A DNA stretch of 64,000 bases from Anthoceros angustus. Taxonomy: Eukaryota; Plantae; Anthocerotophyta. The DNA is taken from assembly GCA_010909165.1 (NCBI GenBank), contig VJWM01000025.1, forward strand, positions 2,604,001 to 2,668,000, read 5' to 3'. The notes below the pieces were generated by a model. The model was not told the DNA's origin, did not search any database, and saw only the letters and a list, made by a program, of their open reading frames with translations. Within the stretch, counting starts at the first letter, position 1, and every line of letters starts with the position of its first letter. Positions 13,870 to 25,640 of the stretch are shown here, one piece after another. Position numbers and translations under genes: made by a program.

Positions 13870-14895
13870 ACCATGCTCACACCCGCATGTCCCTCCCCCA
13901 CTTGGGCTTCGAGCTTGCTGATGGACTCCTCGACTTTTCCGAGTTGCTGGCGTTGGCCGGAGAGGGAGTTGCGCAACTCCTCGCAGGTGAGTTCCACCCC
14001 GTGGGTTCTTCCCTCCAGTTGTCGCAGAGTTGATTCTTGGGCTAACTCCTCCCCTGGCGGGTCCTGGCCTCCGGTGGATGCAGGTGGGTGGGCCCCGCTC
14101 AGGCTGATTCCACCCCGTGGGTTCTTCCCTCCGCTTGTCGCAGTTGATTCTTGGGCTAACTCCTCCCCTGGCGGGTCCTGGCCTCCGGTGGATGCAGGTG
14201 GGTGGGCCCCGCTCAGGCTGATTCCACCCCGTTTCGGTCGCCTCGCCGGATTCTGAGTTCGGGCGGATTTTCGGCGAGGCGCAGTTCAGTCCGATCGTCC
14301 CCACCACCAGCGGAACTTCCGCCTCCAGCGGGGCTTGGAGAAGGTGCAGGAGTTCCCGGCGTCGTCTCCTCGCCCCTTCCGCCTCCGTGGGCTCCTCGAC
14401 TCGCGTCTGGGTGGAAGTCAGATGTTGGGTGGAAGTCATATGTCCGTCTTGGGAATTTCGGGAAGGATGGCGCGCCCGTCGGCGGACCCGATCTCCGATT
14501 CCCTCAAGTGGATGCTCCTCTTATTCCAGCGAAATCGCCGTCCACCTCCAAGACAAGAGGTAATCGCTCATGCCGGCCGTGCATGCGTGTGAATTTTCGT
14601 GTGTCCTCCTCGGGATGTCGCTAACCACACTGGTTGTGTGTTGCCTCAGGTATTCCCAACCGCGCCTCCGATCCTCCGGCCATGTTGATCGCCCACGCCG
14701 GTGGTGCGCTGCCTCACACAATCGGTGGGCGCCAACACGATTGCTCATGGCGACCCGACCTTGGTCGGGATTGGTCCCCTCCGCTGCGTCAGGGGCCCCC
14801 TGAATCGTGGGAGTCTCGCCTTCGTTGCGATTTGGGCCTGGCCTCGGGGATCACATGATCCTAGATCCGGGTGCAGTCTGAATCGTTGGACAGTG
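13870..14895 (-). mobile_element. 5' internal (UTR/gag-like) remnant of an LTR retrotransposon following a PBS; contains a 120-bp tandem duplication (about 13992-14231)
   Basis: It lies immediately downstream (minus strand) of a tRNA-iMet PBS; GC-rich, with a 190-aa ORF 13867-14439 lacking clear motifs. Confidence 0.5.
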
Positions 14896-14907
14896 GCTCT
14901 GATACCA
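14896..14907 (-). promoter_or_regulatory. Primer-binding site complementary to the tRNA-iMet 3' end
   Basis: Plus-strand GCTCTGATACCA equals TGGTATCAGAGC on the minus strand, the canonical plant LTR PBS. Confidence 0.85.
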
Positions 14908-14911
14908 CAGA

Positions 14912-15260
14912 TGCTACGACCGTATACGCTAGCTTAGTGGAGATAGGACGGTTTTCATTCATTGTGATCGGGTCTTTATACATGTCTTTGAGGACTTGCC
15001 AAGAAAGGCGTCCACGCCCAACAACTGTGGTTGTTGGGCGTTAAAGGTTTGTTAAAGTTAGTTTTCCTAAGTAAAATATTTAATCCTGTTTAGCGGCTAG
15101 TTAATCTAGGGTTATTTACCGATTCGACTTAACGGCTACACAAAGATAGGTTCGCCAAAATCGTGTTCAACCCGTTGCTGTTTATACGATTCTCGTTAGG
15201 TACCTTCGGGTCGTTCCTGCCTCGTCCGACTATGGTGGGCGGCTTGTTCACGTAGCTACA
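14912..15260 (-). mobile_element. Probable LTR adjacent to the PBS
   Basis: Starts TGCTACG 4 nt from the PBS and ends near CGTAGCTACA (imperfect terminal inverted repeat, TG...CA). No second copy is in the window to confirm it. Confidence 0.5.
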
Positions 15261-16123
15261 CGCAGACTGGCCATTGTTGTGCGTGTGTCACAGCCTCCTT
15301 CTTCAAAGTCAAATCCCTTCCTTCCACCATCATAAGCCTCCTTCTGCATCATCTTCTCTTCATCCATCTTGACAAGTGAAATCCTCCTTACTTCATCCAG
15401 TTCACAGAGTTGAATCAAGCGGTCTTCATCATCCAGCACTGCAGCTTCAAGTATGGAAAAACCTTTGGTCGTAGCCACTAGCTGTGAAGGCACTCTTGCA
15501 ACAGCTCCATATTCCAAATCAAAAGGGGAGACATTCAGGGCAGCTTTTACTCTTGTTCTGATTGCCCACAACGTTCCATAAAGGTATTGATCCCACCTCC
15601 TTGGCTTTGACTCACATAACTTGGCTAAGACCTTGATGACAACCTTATTGGAACTCTCAGCCTGTCCATTAGCTATAGGGTGGTAAGGGGTAGCAAATTT
15701 ATGCTTGGAAACAAACAGCTTTGCCAGACTCTCTATGACAGTATTGATGAACTCTTTTCCTTGGTCACTCACTATCTCTAGGGGACAGCCAAATCTGGTT
15801 AGCACATGGTGGTAAAGAAAATCAGCTGTGTGCTCACCAGACAAGGTAGGTAAGGCTTCTGCTTCTACCCATTTAGTAGCATAATCAGTAGTGGTAATGA
15901 TGTAACTATTTCCGTTGTGGGTTGGAGGGTTAATAGGACCTATGCAGTCAAGCCCCCACTTACAAAAGGGTCCAGTAGGAAAAATAGGATGTAGTGACCC
16001 ACCTCTAAGACTGACCTTGGCAAACCTTTGACATTTTTCACACTGCTTATAGTAACCACGGATATCTCCCATCTTCGTCGGCCAGTAATACCCAGCTCTG
16101 AGGATCTTCTTTCCAGTGGCCAC
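15248..16123 (-). pseudogene. Gypsy-type integrase fragment (end of HHCC plus rve core)
   Basis: YYWPT..CEKCQ, WGLDCIGP, IVSDQGKEF and YHPIANGQAESSNK (D,D,E triad). Confidence 0.92.
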
Positions 16124-17224
16124 TTATATTAGAATCATCAAAACACCAGGTCTACTCAAACTTGTGCAGGTCCCGCCGGGGGTGCCATTGTTAAGGTGTA
16201 TGTGACTTTAAGCGTCAACTATGTATCCGGACCTACAGACACATGCATGGGAAGGTAAGGTTACTAGACCGTATTCTTGCCCGTGACAAGATTGTACCAA
16301 ATACTGACAGGGTCACCCTTCAGACTATCAGCATATGGCGAGTTGAAACTGAGCGATGAACTGGCTGCAATGAACCCGATCAAGCTGTAGCATACGCATA
16401 CATCAAGGGTGATAGGGTGAGGTCAATGCAAGAGGATCTGCTCTTGAATTCACGGACCACGTCCACTCAACAGATTACACACAAATGGTTAGATTTGTCC
16501 TTCACACACCTTTCTGCACAAGAAATCAAGGTCACAGTGCGAGAGTTTAAGAGAGCGTGGCCCCAACGTCAATAAGGGAGAGATCCTCTTAAGCATGGGC
16601 ACAGGGATACAGGCTCTCGGCCTATTCTTGTTGTACTTGCCCCAGAGCAGGAAAATGGAATACAATTTTATAGGATGTCCAAGGCATCTTTTCCTACGCT
16701 TAACTGATGTGATCTTGTAAGTTGTGGCCACTCACGTTTTCCCATAGCCTTTCATAGCTCCTGGATGCCCGCTCTCATGTCCACAGTACTCATGCTGGCT
16801 CTTTTTTGACAGAAGCACAATCTAATCTTCCTCCTAACAGTACCTTCGTGTAGTTGGCCCCCAATCCGCCTAGTTTATTGGGAACTCTATTAATGAGATC
16901 CTTCCCAACTTTTTTCTTAGTGAATATAGAGAATTTATATAGATATTTCTTCGAAGTATATATCGAAGTCCCGTGCTGGAATTTGATCTGGAGTAACCCC
17001 TCGGGCATTAACAACTACGGAGCACTAACAACTGAAGTAACCTGCAGGGCACTATCAATCAGAGTAACCCGGCCCATAGGGCATTAACAGGGCACTATCA
17101 ATCAGAGTAATCCCATAGGGCATTAACAACCGAGGTAAACCCTTAGGGCACTATAAATTAGAATAACCCCATAGCACACTATCAACCCCATGTGGCACTA
17201 CCAAATGGAGTAACCCTTTAGGGC

Positions 17225-17545
17225 ACTAGCAATTGGAGTAGGGCACTAGCAACGGGAGTAACCTCGTAGGGCAATAGCGATTGGCAGCCCTGCACCTCGT
17301 AGGGCAATAGCAATTGGCGGCCCTGCACCTAGTAGAGCACTAGCAATTGGCAGCCTCGTAGGGCACTAGCAACTGGCAGTGCACCTCCTAGGGCACTAGC
17401 AATTGGCAGTGCACCTCCTAGGGCACTAGCAACTAGCAGCCCTGCACCTCCTCGGGCACTAGCAACTGGCAGCCCTGCACCTCCTAGGGCACTAGCAACT
17501 GGCAGCCCTGCACCTCCTAGGGCACTAGCAACTAGCGGCCCTACA
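17225..17545. repeat. Minisatellite, about 33-bp unit GCACTAGCAA(T/C)TGGCAGCCCTGCACCTCCTAGG, about 9-10 degenerate units
   Basis: Directly visible periodic repeat; translates as the ASALGGAGLPV periodicity in ORF 17329-17565. Confidence 0.9.
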
Positions 17546-17557
17546 CAATAAGGAGAT

Positions 17558-18005
17558 GTGGACATGATGTTTATAGATGGGGGATGGACAACACCCCATC
17601 CAAGTACTGATCCTTATAGCTGAAGGATGGGCAACACCCTATCCAAGCGGACATGATGTTTATAGATGGGGATGGGCAACACCCCATCCAAGTACTGATC
17701 CTTATAGCTAGGGGATGGGCTACACCCTATCCACGTGGACATGATGTTTATAGCTAGGGGATGGATAGCTCCCTATCCAAGTACTGATCCTTATAGATGG
17801 GGGATGGGCAAAACCCCATCCAAGTGGACATGATCATTATAGCTAGATAGGCGGACCCATCCACGTGACATGATGTTTATAGCTAGGATGGATAGCTCCC
17901 TATCCAAGTACTGATCCTTATAGATGGGGGATGGGCAAAACCCCATCCAAGTGGACATGATCATTATAGCTAGGGGATAGGCAGCACCCCATCCACGTAC
18001 TGATC
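17558..18005. repeat. Minisatellite of about 43-46-bp units containing the palindrome GGATGGG-N6/7-CCCATCC (left part, interrupted by a CACTA-like element)
   Basis: Repeated GGGGATGGGCAACACCCCATCCAAGTACTGATCCTTATAG / ...GGACATGATGTTTATAG; the same repeat resumes in the same orientation at 22731-23050. Confidence 0.9.
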
Positions 18006-21000
18006 CCCTACTAAAAAGGGCAGCCTATGTTACAATCGTTGTTGCAATTTTATGTTACACTTCTAACTTGCAACATCATTTGGAGGCTTGGTATTGAGTT
18101 TGTCATTTCTTTCCCCAAGTGGGCCTACAATCTTAACGAACTGGCTCTCTCTCCTACCACTTCACCCTCTTAACTACATCCCTCTCTCATACGCATTGTT
18201 TATGAATTCCCTCATGCAATTGCAACATGATCAGAATAAGGACCCTCTCTCTTCTCTCCCTCCCCATCTTTATTACACCCCATTGGGAGTACAATTAGTT
18301 AATGTTTTTCCTAGCGCTCTTCTTTGCACTCTCTCTTCACAACTATTTGTTAATGGTGCCCGGACACGAATATCACAAACATGCCCATTGGCATCACCTT
18401 TAAAGGTGACCTAAACATAATATTATTTACCTATATCTAAGTGGGTCCGATGCTCACTCTGTGTTCGGAGGCAAGGAAGGAGGAGAGGAGGGAGGAGGCG
18501 GAGGGAGGAGGGAGGAAGAGAGGAGAGGAGGAGGAGGCAAGGAGGAAAAGGGGAGAGGGATCCGAGGTAGAGGAGGAGGAGGGAGGAGGAGGAGGAGGAG
18601 AGGAGGAAGGGGAGAGGCAATGAGGAAAAGGGGAGAGGGATCGAGGTAGAGAGGAGGAGGAGGAGGAGGAGGAGAGGGAGGCGAGAGGGAAGGAGGAGGA
18701 GGAGGAGGCGAAAGGGGAGGGGAGATTATAAGGAGGAGGAGGAAGATGGAAAGAAGAGGAGCAAGAGGAGGGGGAAGAGGAGGAGAGGGAAAGAAGAGGA
18801 GGGGTAGATGGGAAGGAGGAGGAGGGAGAGGGAAAGGAAGAGGCCGTTCCATGCTGTGATTTCAAGTAAAGACCCGTTCAAGTCTGATTTCTAGTCTCAA
18901 TTTTCTGATGCGTAACGATGTGACATGACGTAGGATGGATGGTGGCGGGATCACGTGTACACCGCATCTTGTACTTCCAATCATGATTTCCTCTCAAATT
19001 TTTCATGCGTAACTAGCTAGTGTGATTTGATGTTAGAAGGCGATAGGCAAGGAGGAAAAGGGGACGGGATCCGAGGTAGATAAGGAGGAGGAGGAGGAGG
19101 AGGAGCAGGAGAGTCAAGGAGGAAAAGGGGAGAGGGATGAGGTAGAGGAGGAGGAGGAGGAGGGAGGAGGGAGGAAAAGGGGAGAGGATCGAGGTAGAGG
19201 AGGAGGAGGAGGAGGAGGAGGAGGAAAAGGGGAGAGGGATGGAGGAGAGAGGAGGAGGAGGAGGGGGCAAGGAGGAGGGGAGAGAGGAGAGGAGGAGGAG
19301 GAGGAGGAGGAGGCAAGGAGGAGGGAGAGGAGGAGGAGGAGGAGGAGGAGGAGGAGGAGGAGGAGGAGGTAGAGGAGGAAAAGGGGAGAGGGATGAGGTA
19401 GAGGAGGAGGAGGAGGAGGAGGAAGGAGGGGAGATGGGAAGGAGGAGGGGAGGGAAAGGAAGAGGAGGAGGCCCGTTCCATGCTGATTTCAAGTAGAGAC
19501 CCATTCCATGCTGTGATTTCCAATCTCAATTTTTGTGATGCGTAACCAGTGACATGATGTTGGTGAAGGGATGGTGGCAGGGCGGGATCACGTGTACAGC
19601 AAGCGGATCTTGTACTTGCAGCATTGCAAGGTCAAGCCAAGACTGTTCCAATCGTGATTTTCTCTCAAATTTTCAATGCGTAACTAGCTAGTGTGATTTG
19701 ATGTTAGAGAAGGCGATAGTAGCATGGCGGGTGTCTGTACATGTACAATTGCAAGTAGTTGCAAGGCCAAGACCCATTCCATGCTGTTATTTCTTATCTC
19801 AAATTTTCAATGCGTAACTAGCTAGTGTGATTTGATGTTAGAGAAGGCGATAGTAGCATGGCGGGTGTCTGTACATGTACAATTGCAAGTAGTTGCAAGG
19901 CCAAGACCCATTCCATGTCATTTCTTTCCCCAAGTGGGCCTACAATCTTAACACGAACTGGCTCTCTCTCCTACCACTTCACCCTCTTAACTACATCCCT
20001 CTCTCATACGCATTGTTTATGAATTTCCTCATGCAATTGCAACATGGTATGTAACAAGGACCCTCTCTCTCTTCTCTCCAGTCCCCATCTTTATTACACC
20101 CCATTGGGAGTACAATTAGTTAATGTTTTTCCTAGCTCTTCTTTGCACTCTCTCTTCACAACTATTTGTTAATGGTGCCGACACAATATCACAAACATGC
20201 CCATTGGCATCACCTTTAAAGGTGACCTAAACATAATATTATTTACCTATGTCTAAGTTCGTTAGAGGCTCACTCTATGTTGAGGCAAGGAGAAGGAGGA
20301 GAGAGGAGGGAGGAAGGGGAGAGGAGGGGAGGAGGAGGGAGGAAGAGGAGAGGAGAGGAGGAGGGAGGGGAGGAAAAGGGGAGAGGATCGAGGTAGAGGA
20401 GGAGGAGGAGTAGGAGGAGGAGGAGGAGAGGAGGAAGGGGAGGCAATGAGGAAAAGGGGAGAGGGATCGAGGTAGAGGAGGAGGAGGAGGAGGGAGGAGG
20501 GAGGGGAGAGGAGGAGGAGGAGAGAGGAGGCGGAGGAGATTATAAGGAGGAGGAGGGAAGATGGAAAGAAGAGGAGCAAGAGGAGGGGAGGGAGGAGGGA
20601 GGGGAGAAGAGGAGGGGTAGATGGGAAGGAGGAGGAGGGAGAGGGAAAGGAAGAGGCCCGTTCCATGCTGTGATTTCAAGTAAAGACCCGTTCAAGGTGA
20701 TTTCTAGTCTCAATTTTCAGCGATGCGTAACGATGTGACATGACGTAGGTGACGGATGGTGGCGGGCATGATCACGTGTACACCCACACCATCTTGTACT
20801 TCCAATCATGATTTCCTCTCAAATTTTCAGGCATTAACTAGCTAGTGTGATTTGATGTTAGAGAAGGCGATAGGCAAGGAGGAAAAGGGGACGGGATCCG
20901 AGGTAGATAAGGAGGAGGAGGAGGAGGGCGGGAGAGTCAAGGAGGAAAAGGGGAGAGGGATCGAGGTAGAGGAGGAGGAGGAGGAGGAGGCAAGGAGGAA

Positions 21001-22727
21001 AAGGGGGAGGGATCGAGGAGGAGGAGGAGGAGGAGGAGGCGAGGAGGGGAGAGGAGGGGAGGGAGGAGGAGGAGGAGGAGGGAGGAGGAGGAGAGATCGG
21101 AGAGGGAGGAGGAGGAGGAGGAGGCAAGGAGGAGGGGAGAGGAGGAGGAGGAGGAGGAGGAGGAGGAGGAGGAGGAGGAGGAAAAGGGGAGAGGGATCGA
21201 GGAGAGGAGGAGGAGGAGGAGGAGGAGGAGGAGGGGAGATGGGAAGAAGGAGGAGGGGAGAGGGAAAGGAAGAGGAGGAGGCCCGTTCCATGTGATTTCA
21301 AGTAGAGACCCATTCCATGCTATGATTTCCAGTCTCAATTTTCAGTGATGCGTAACCGTGACATGATGTTGGTGAAGGGATGGTGGCAAGGCGGGATCAC
21401 GTGTACACCGCGGATCTTGTACTTGCGAGGCATTGCAAGGAAGGCCAAGACCTGTCCATCGTGATTTTCTCTCAAATTTTCAGCTATGCGTAACTAGCTA
21501 GTGTGATTTGATGTTAGAGAAGGCGATAGTAGCATGGCGGGTGTCTGTACATGTACAATTGCAAGTAGTTGCAAGGAAGGCCAAGACCCATTCCATCGTT
21601 ATTTCTTATCTCAAATTTTCAATGCGTAACGACTATGATGTGAAGTTAGGGAAGGCGGTGGAAGAATGGAGGGGTTTCATGTACATGTATAGCTGCAAGG
21701 TGAGGCCAAGACCCATTCCATCGTGATTTTCTACCTCAAATTTTATTTGATGCGTGACCACCGTGATGTGACATTAGAGAAGGCGATGCTAGTAGGGGCG
21801 GTCTTGGGTGAATAGGTGACAAGGCTGAACGGTAGGAGGGATGTGTTTAGAGGGCAGATCCGGTCGTAGCACAAAGAAGGGCGAGTGTCTTGTCACCGGC
21901 AAATGTAATGTGTTGAGTGTGGGCGGTGAAAACAACACAAGGGAGTGGAAGAGGCGGGTGGCAGAGGAGGATAGGAGTGGAGCAACCAACAGCAGCCATG
22001 GTCGAGGCAGGGGCAAAAAGGCGCGTAACGGACATGAGGCAGTTGTCTAGGGGGAGAGAGAAGGAGGGAGGACTTGGAGCCAAACAACCCCACGCCGCAT
22101 AGCAAACATGGGTCCACGTAGCACAAACTCGTAGGCACAAAAGGCACTGAGTGCTCAAGGACAAACTAGTAAACGTATCGTGGACGTGTACAAAGTATGT
22201 ACGTTATCCGTGTGACGTATATGCTTATTTTATATAAAATAGAATATGACCATATATCACAGGAAATTACCATATAGTATATGTTACCATGAACAATACG
22301 TGTATTTTACAAAGAATGTATTCATATATATATATATATATATATGTGTGTATTCATACGAGTATCGGTGGGAACTACTAAGTAAAACTAGGTATTCCAT
22401 AGGGTAATAGTAGTAAAAAGAGGAAGGTAGATGGGGAGGAGGTTCGGTACCAAGTCTGCAAAATTGTAACAAGAGACGATGTAACACTTTGGTTGTTGCA
22501 ATTATGTTGAAATTTTGAGAGGGGACACAAACCACCTCTCACTACATTGCAACATAATTGCAACAAGACTAACATGATCAGAATAAGGTGGAGGGTTGGT
22601 TTCCAAACCTAACTGTAACAAGGGGTCCCAAAAGTGTAACAAGACCCCAAGATTTTAACATAATTGCAATAAAGGGGGGTCCAAATCTTAATATAAAGTG
22701 TAACATGACTGCCCTTTTCTAGTAGGG
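18006..22727. mobile_element. Non-autonomous CACTA/EnSpm (CMC)-like element with CCCTA termini and 3-bp TSD (ATC)
   Basis: Left end CCCTACTAAAAAGGGCAGCCTATGTTAC (18006); right end reverse-complements to CCCTACTAGAAAAGGGCAGTCATGTTAC (22727). ATC flanks both ends (18003-18005 and 22728-22730). Subterminal TGTTACA/TTGCAA repeats; no transposase inside. Confidence 0.8.
18470..21285. repeat. Four polypurine (GGA/GAG)n tracts (about 18470-18845, 19065-19470, 20283-20655, 20875-21282) separated by conserved spacer modules; about 1.8-kb internal tandem duplication (about 18100-19915 and 19917-21600)
   Basis: Near-pure G/A tracts of 350-420 bp. The recurring module TGCGTAACTAGCTAGTGTGATTTGATGTTAGAGAAGGCGATAG appears several times. 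Confidence 0.95.
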
Positions 22728-22730
22728 ATC

Positions 22731-23050
22731 GTTATAGTTGGGGGATGATGTTTATAAGTAGGGGATGGGCAGCACCCCATCCAAGTACTGACCCTTATAG
22801 TTGGGGGATGGGCAGCACCCCATCCAACTACTGATCCTTATAGTTGGAGGATGGGTAGCACCCCATCCAAGTAGCATGATGTTTACAGTTGGGGGATAAG
22901 CATCACCCATCCAACTATTGACCCTTATAGTTGGGGGATGGGCAGCACCCCATCCAAGAACTGATCCTTATAGCTTTAGGAATGGGTAGCACCCCATCCA
23001 AGTGGCATGATATTTACAGCTAAAGGATGGGCAACACCCCATCCAAGTAT
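22731..23050. repeat. Right part of the palindromic 43-bp minisatellite
   Basis: GGGGATGGGCAGCACCCCATCCAAGTACTGACCCTTATAGTT units, same orientation as 17558-18005. Confidence 0.9.
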
Positions 23051-23439
23051 TGATTGGTCCAAAAAGACGCGTAACTAGGGAGTTCCAATGAACTCATGTC
23101 TACATGTCACTCCTTGAAGGAGGATGCTTTGTGACTGGGACTTTAGATCTTCCTCTCCTCTATTTCATTTTATTTCACAATTATTTGCATGCCTTGATAA
23201 GGGAACCTGATATGCCCCTTGACAATAGGGGTCTGACCCAATGAGCTTTTACGGAAAAAATATTTTTTATTTTTTAGAATAATAATAATAATAATAAATT
23301 TCTTATGTTGTAGATGTCTTCCTTTTTCCTTTTTGATGTTTTGTACTACCTCAAGAAAAGCAGCAAAGGCGTTTGATTCTCTCGGCATTATTTCTTTGAA
23401 GGAATCTCTGATAACCTACCTTTTAAATGTTAAACCTAT

Positions 23440-23713
23440 TCGGGCATGAGTGTAAGAAGCCCATGCGGGCATGAGTATTAGGAGTCCATCTAAGCATGAG
23501 TGTTAGAAGCCTACTTGGAATTCAGTATTAAAAGTCCATCTAGGGTTGACCATTAGAAGCCTATTTGGGATTCAATATTCATAGTCCGTCCAAGGTTGAG
23601 TGTTAGAAGACTATTTCGGATTCAATACTAGAAGTCCATTCGGGATTGAGTGTTAGAAGCCTATTTGGGATTAAGTATTAGAGGTCCATCCGGGGTTGAG
23701 TGTTAGAAGCCTA
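23440..23713. repeat. 50-bp (2 x 25) tandem repeat, about 5 copies
   Basis: GAGTGTTAGAAG recurs at 23498, 23548 (degenerate), 23598, 23648 and 23698. Confidence 0.85.
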
Positions 23714-23947
23714 TCAAGGCTAGAATGTTGAAAATCTTCAAGACTTGCATCATACCCACTGGCCAGATGAATTTTGAGTTGGCGCTTATGATATGTTGTT
23801 AGTTATTACTCTTGTGTGCTGGTGTGTTACAGTTCAATGTCTATCAATGGACTTATTCAAATTTGTAATTTTGCAATCTAGTGTGTGCCTAAAGAAAAGT
23901 AGTCCTTTGGGGTCATCCACATTACTACTTTTAAGGAATAATTGAAC

Positions 23948-24052
23948 ATTAATATTTACATTAATATTTACATTAATATTTACATTAATATTTACATTAA
24001 TATTTACATTAATATTTATATTTATATTTATATTTATATTTACATTACATTA
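23948..24052. repeat. AT-rich microsatellite (ATTAATATTTAC)n / (ATATTT)n
   Basis: Directly visible. Confidence 0.9.
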
Positions 24053-24169
24053 TAAGATATCCACCACTTTGTAATCAAACTTACAAAGGAAATTCTTGCT
24101 AAATTTTAATTATAGAATAGGTTTGTGAAAAAGGTCCCCGCACTTACAACATAGGGGTTTCGCTTAGGG

Positions 24170-24745
24170 CTGATCTATTTTTGACCCGGGGGGATCAGGT
24201 TTCGGTTGCTGATGTGGTTGTAACCGATCCCACTCGGGACAGTGTCTGCGAGCATGTTATCCTTAACCCTCCAGGTTGGGCGGCGGAGGGATGCGCGATG
24301 GCTAAGGTCCACAAGTACTCTCCTATGCACGACAGCCACGCCTTCGTCCCCCTTGCCATCGAGACTCGAAGAGCCATGGGTAAGGATTTCTCTAGGTTCG
24401 TCAAGGCCTACGCCAAGGCTTATCATAGCCGTAAGAATGGGGTTGGCCTCCCCCTTTCTTGTATTGTTGCTTTCTTCTGGCAGAGGGTTTCCACCGCTGT
24501 GCAGAGGGCATTGGCCAATGCAGGGTACAGAACGACAGCGAGCATGGGAGATGCAACTTCTTCGATACTAGTGGTAAGTAGGCCTTTTCACATCCGTGAC
24601 CACGAAGTTCTTTGGGCGATTGGTAGTTTTGAAATGCGTGATCGTGGGGGCTGCTCCCCCTAGCGGCATTGGGTTTTTTCTCCTTTGTTTTTCGGGTGGA
24701 TGGGTTTGTACCATCTCTTTTTATTAGTAAAGTCTTCTTTTCCTC
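24170..24745 (+). mobile_element. 5'-truncated CRE-clade non-LTR retrotransposon (C-terminal restriction-like endonuclease region)
   Basis: ORF 24181-24663: ADVVVTDPT..AAEGCAMAKVHKY..FVPLAIETR..FWQRVSTAVQRA, the D..K-Y / PLAxET / RQRVSxALQR pattern of RLE elements, followed by a T-rich tail. Confidence 0.75.
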
Positions 24746-25254
24746 TTATGTCACAACATGTGACCGCTTGGATCCAGATAGACTCGTGACATGAAGCCGC
24801 CACATCGCGCAGGAACATGGCTAGGTATTCAGAAAATGAGTACACACTCAAACCTCGCTCCGAACGGCATGTCAGGAACCAATGGAACGGGATCCGTAAT
24901 AATGCGCACAAGTATAATTAGGTAAATACGTAAATAGGGAATTAGACGATGTAGAAACGTGTAAAGAACCTCATGACCGGTAGTCCGTTACCGCATGGGT
25001 TCTTGGCCTTAACGCGGCCAAGCCCTTATGTACCCACAAATCGTGAAAATGTACCATTCCGAGACTCGCCCAACCTCCGAGCCGATCAAGACCGTGGAAT
25101 GTTGCATCTTACAACATAGATGACTTACATTACGTTATAAGGGAGATAAATTAAATTATTGTATTTAACGGCCTATAATAATAGACCCCGCTTAAGCTAA
25201 TTTACAACATGGCCTTATAACGGAATTTCAAAATAGTGATATAATATAAAATCT

Positions 25255-25640
25255 CTTGTCATGCTTTCATTCCCTTGCTATCAAAACTCATGGGGCCATG
25301 AACAAAGAGTTTGTGCAGTTTATCAAGGGTTGTGCAAAGGCCTACCACACCCGTAAGCACGGGGTAGGTCTCCCTCTATCCTGAGTGGTGGCTTATTTCC
25401 AGCAACATGTTTCCATCGCTTTGCAGAGGGTGTTGGCCATTGCTACTTTCAAAATAAGTTCGAATGTGTTAGATGCTGGATCTTTAGCTTCAGTGGTAAG
25501 TTGGCCCTTTCCTATCTTAGATTACAACATGTTGGGGGTGTTAGGTAGCCTCGTAGACACTGTGGTGATTAGTCCCCTTGGCCTAGGGCCTTTTTAGGGG
25601 TTATTCTCCACCACCTCGGCGTAGACTTCCCATCTTTGCT
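25255..25640 (+). pseudogene. Second, more degenerate CRE-type RLE 3' fragment
   Basis: FVQFIKGCAKAYHTRKHGVGLPLS*VVAYFQQHVSIALQRVLA aligns with 24380-24530. Confidence 0.7.

Noticed and set aside
18423-21338. Long poly-Pro/Ser/Leu/Glu/Gly ORFs in the ORF track
   Set aside because: They are by-products of (GGA)n tracts lacking stop codons in all frames, with no domain signal.
17558-23050. Palindromic about 43-bp repeats resembling a CRISPR array
   Set aside because: The linkers are themselves repeated rather than unique spacers, no cas genes are present, and the context is eukaryotic.
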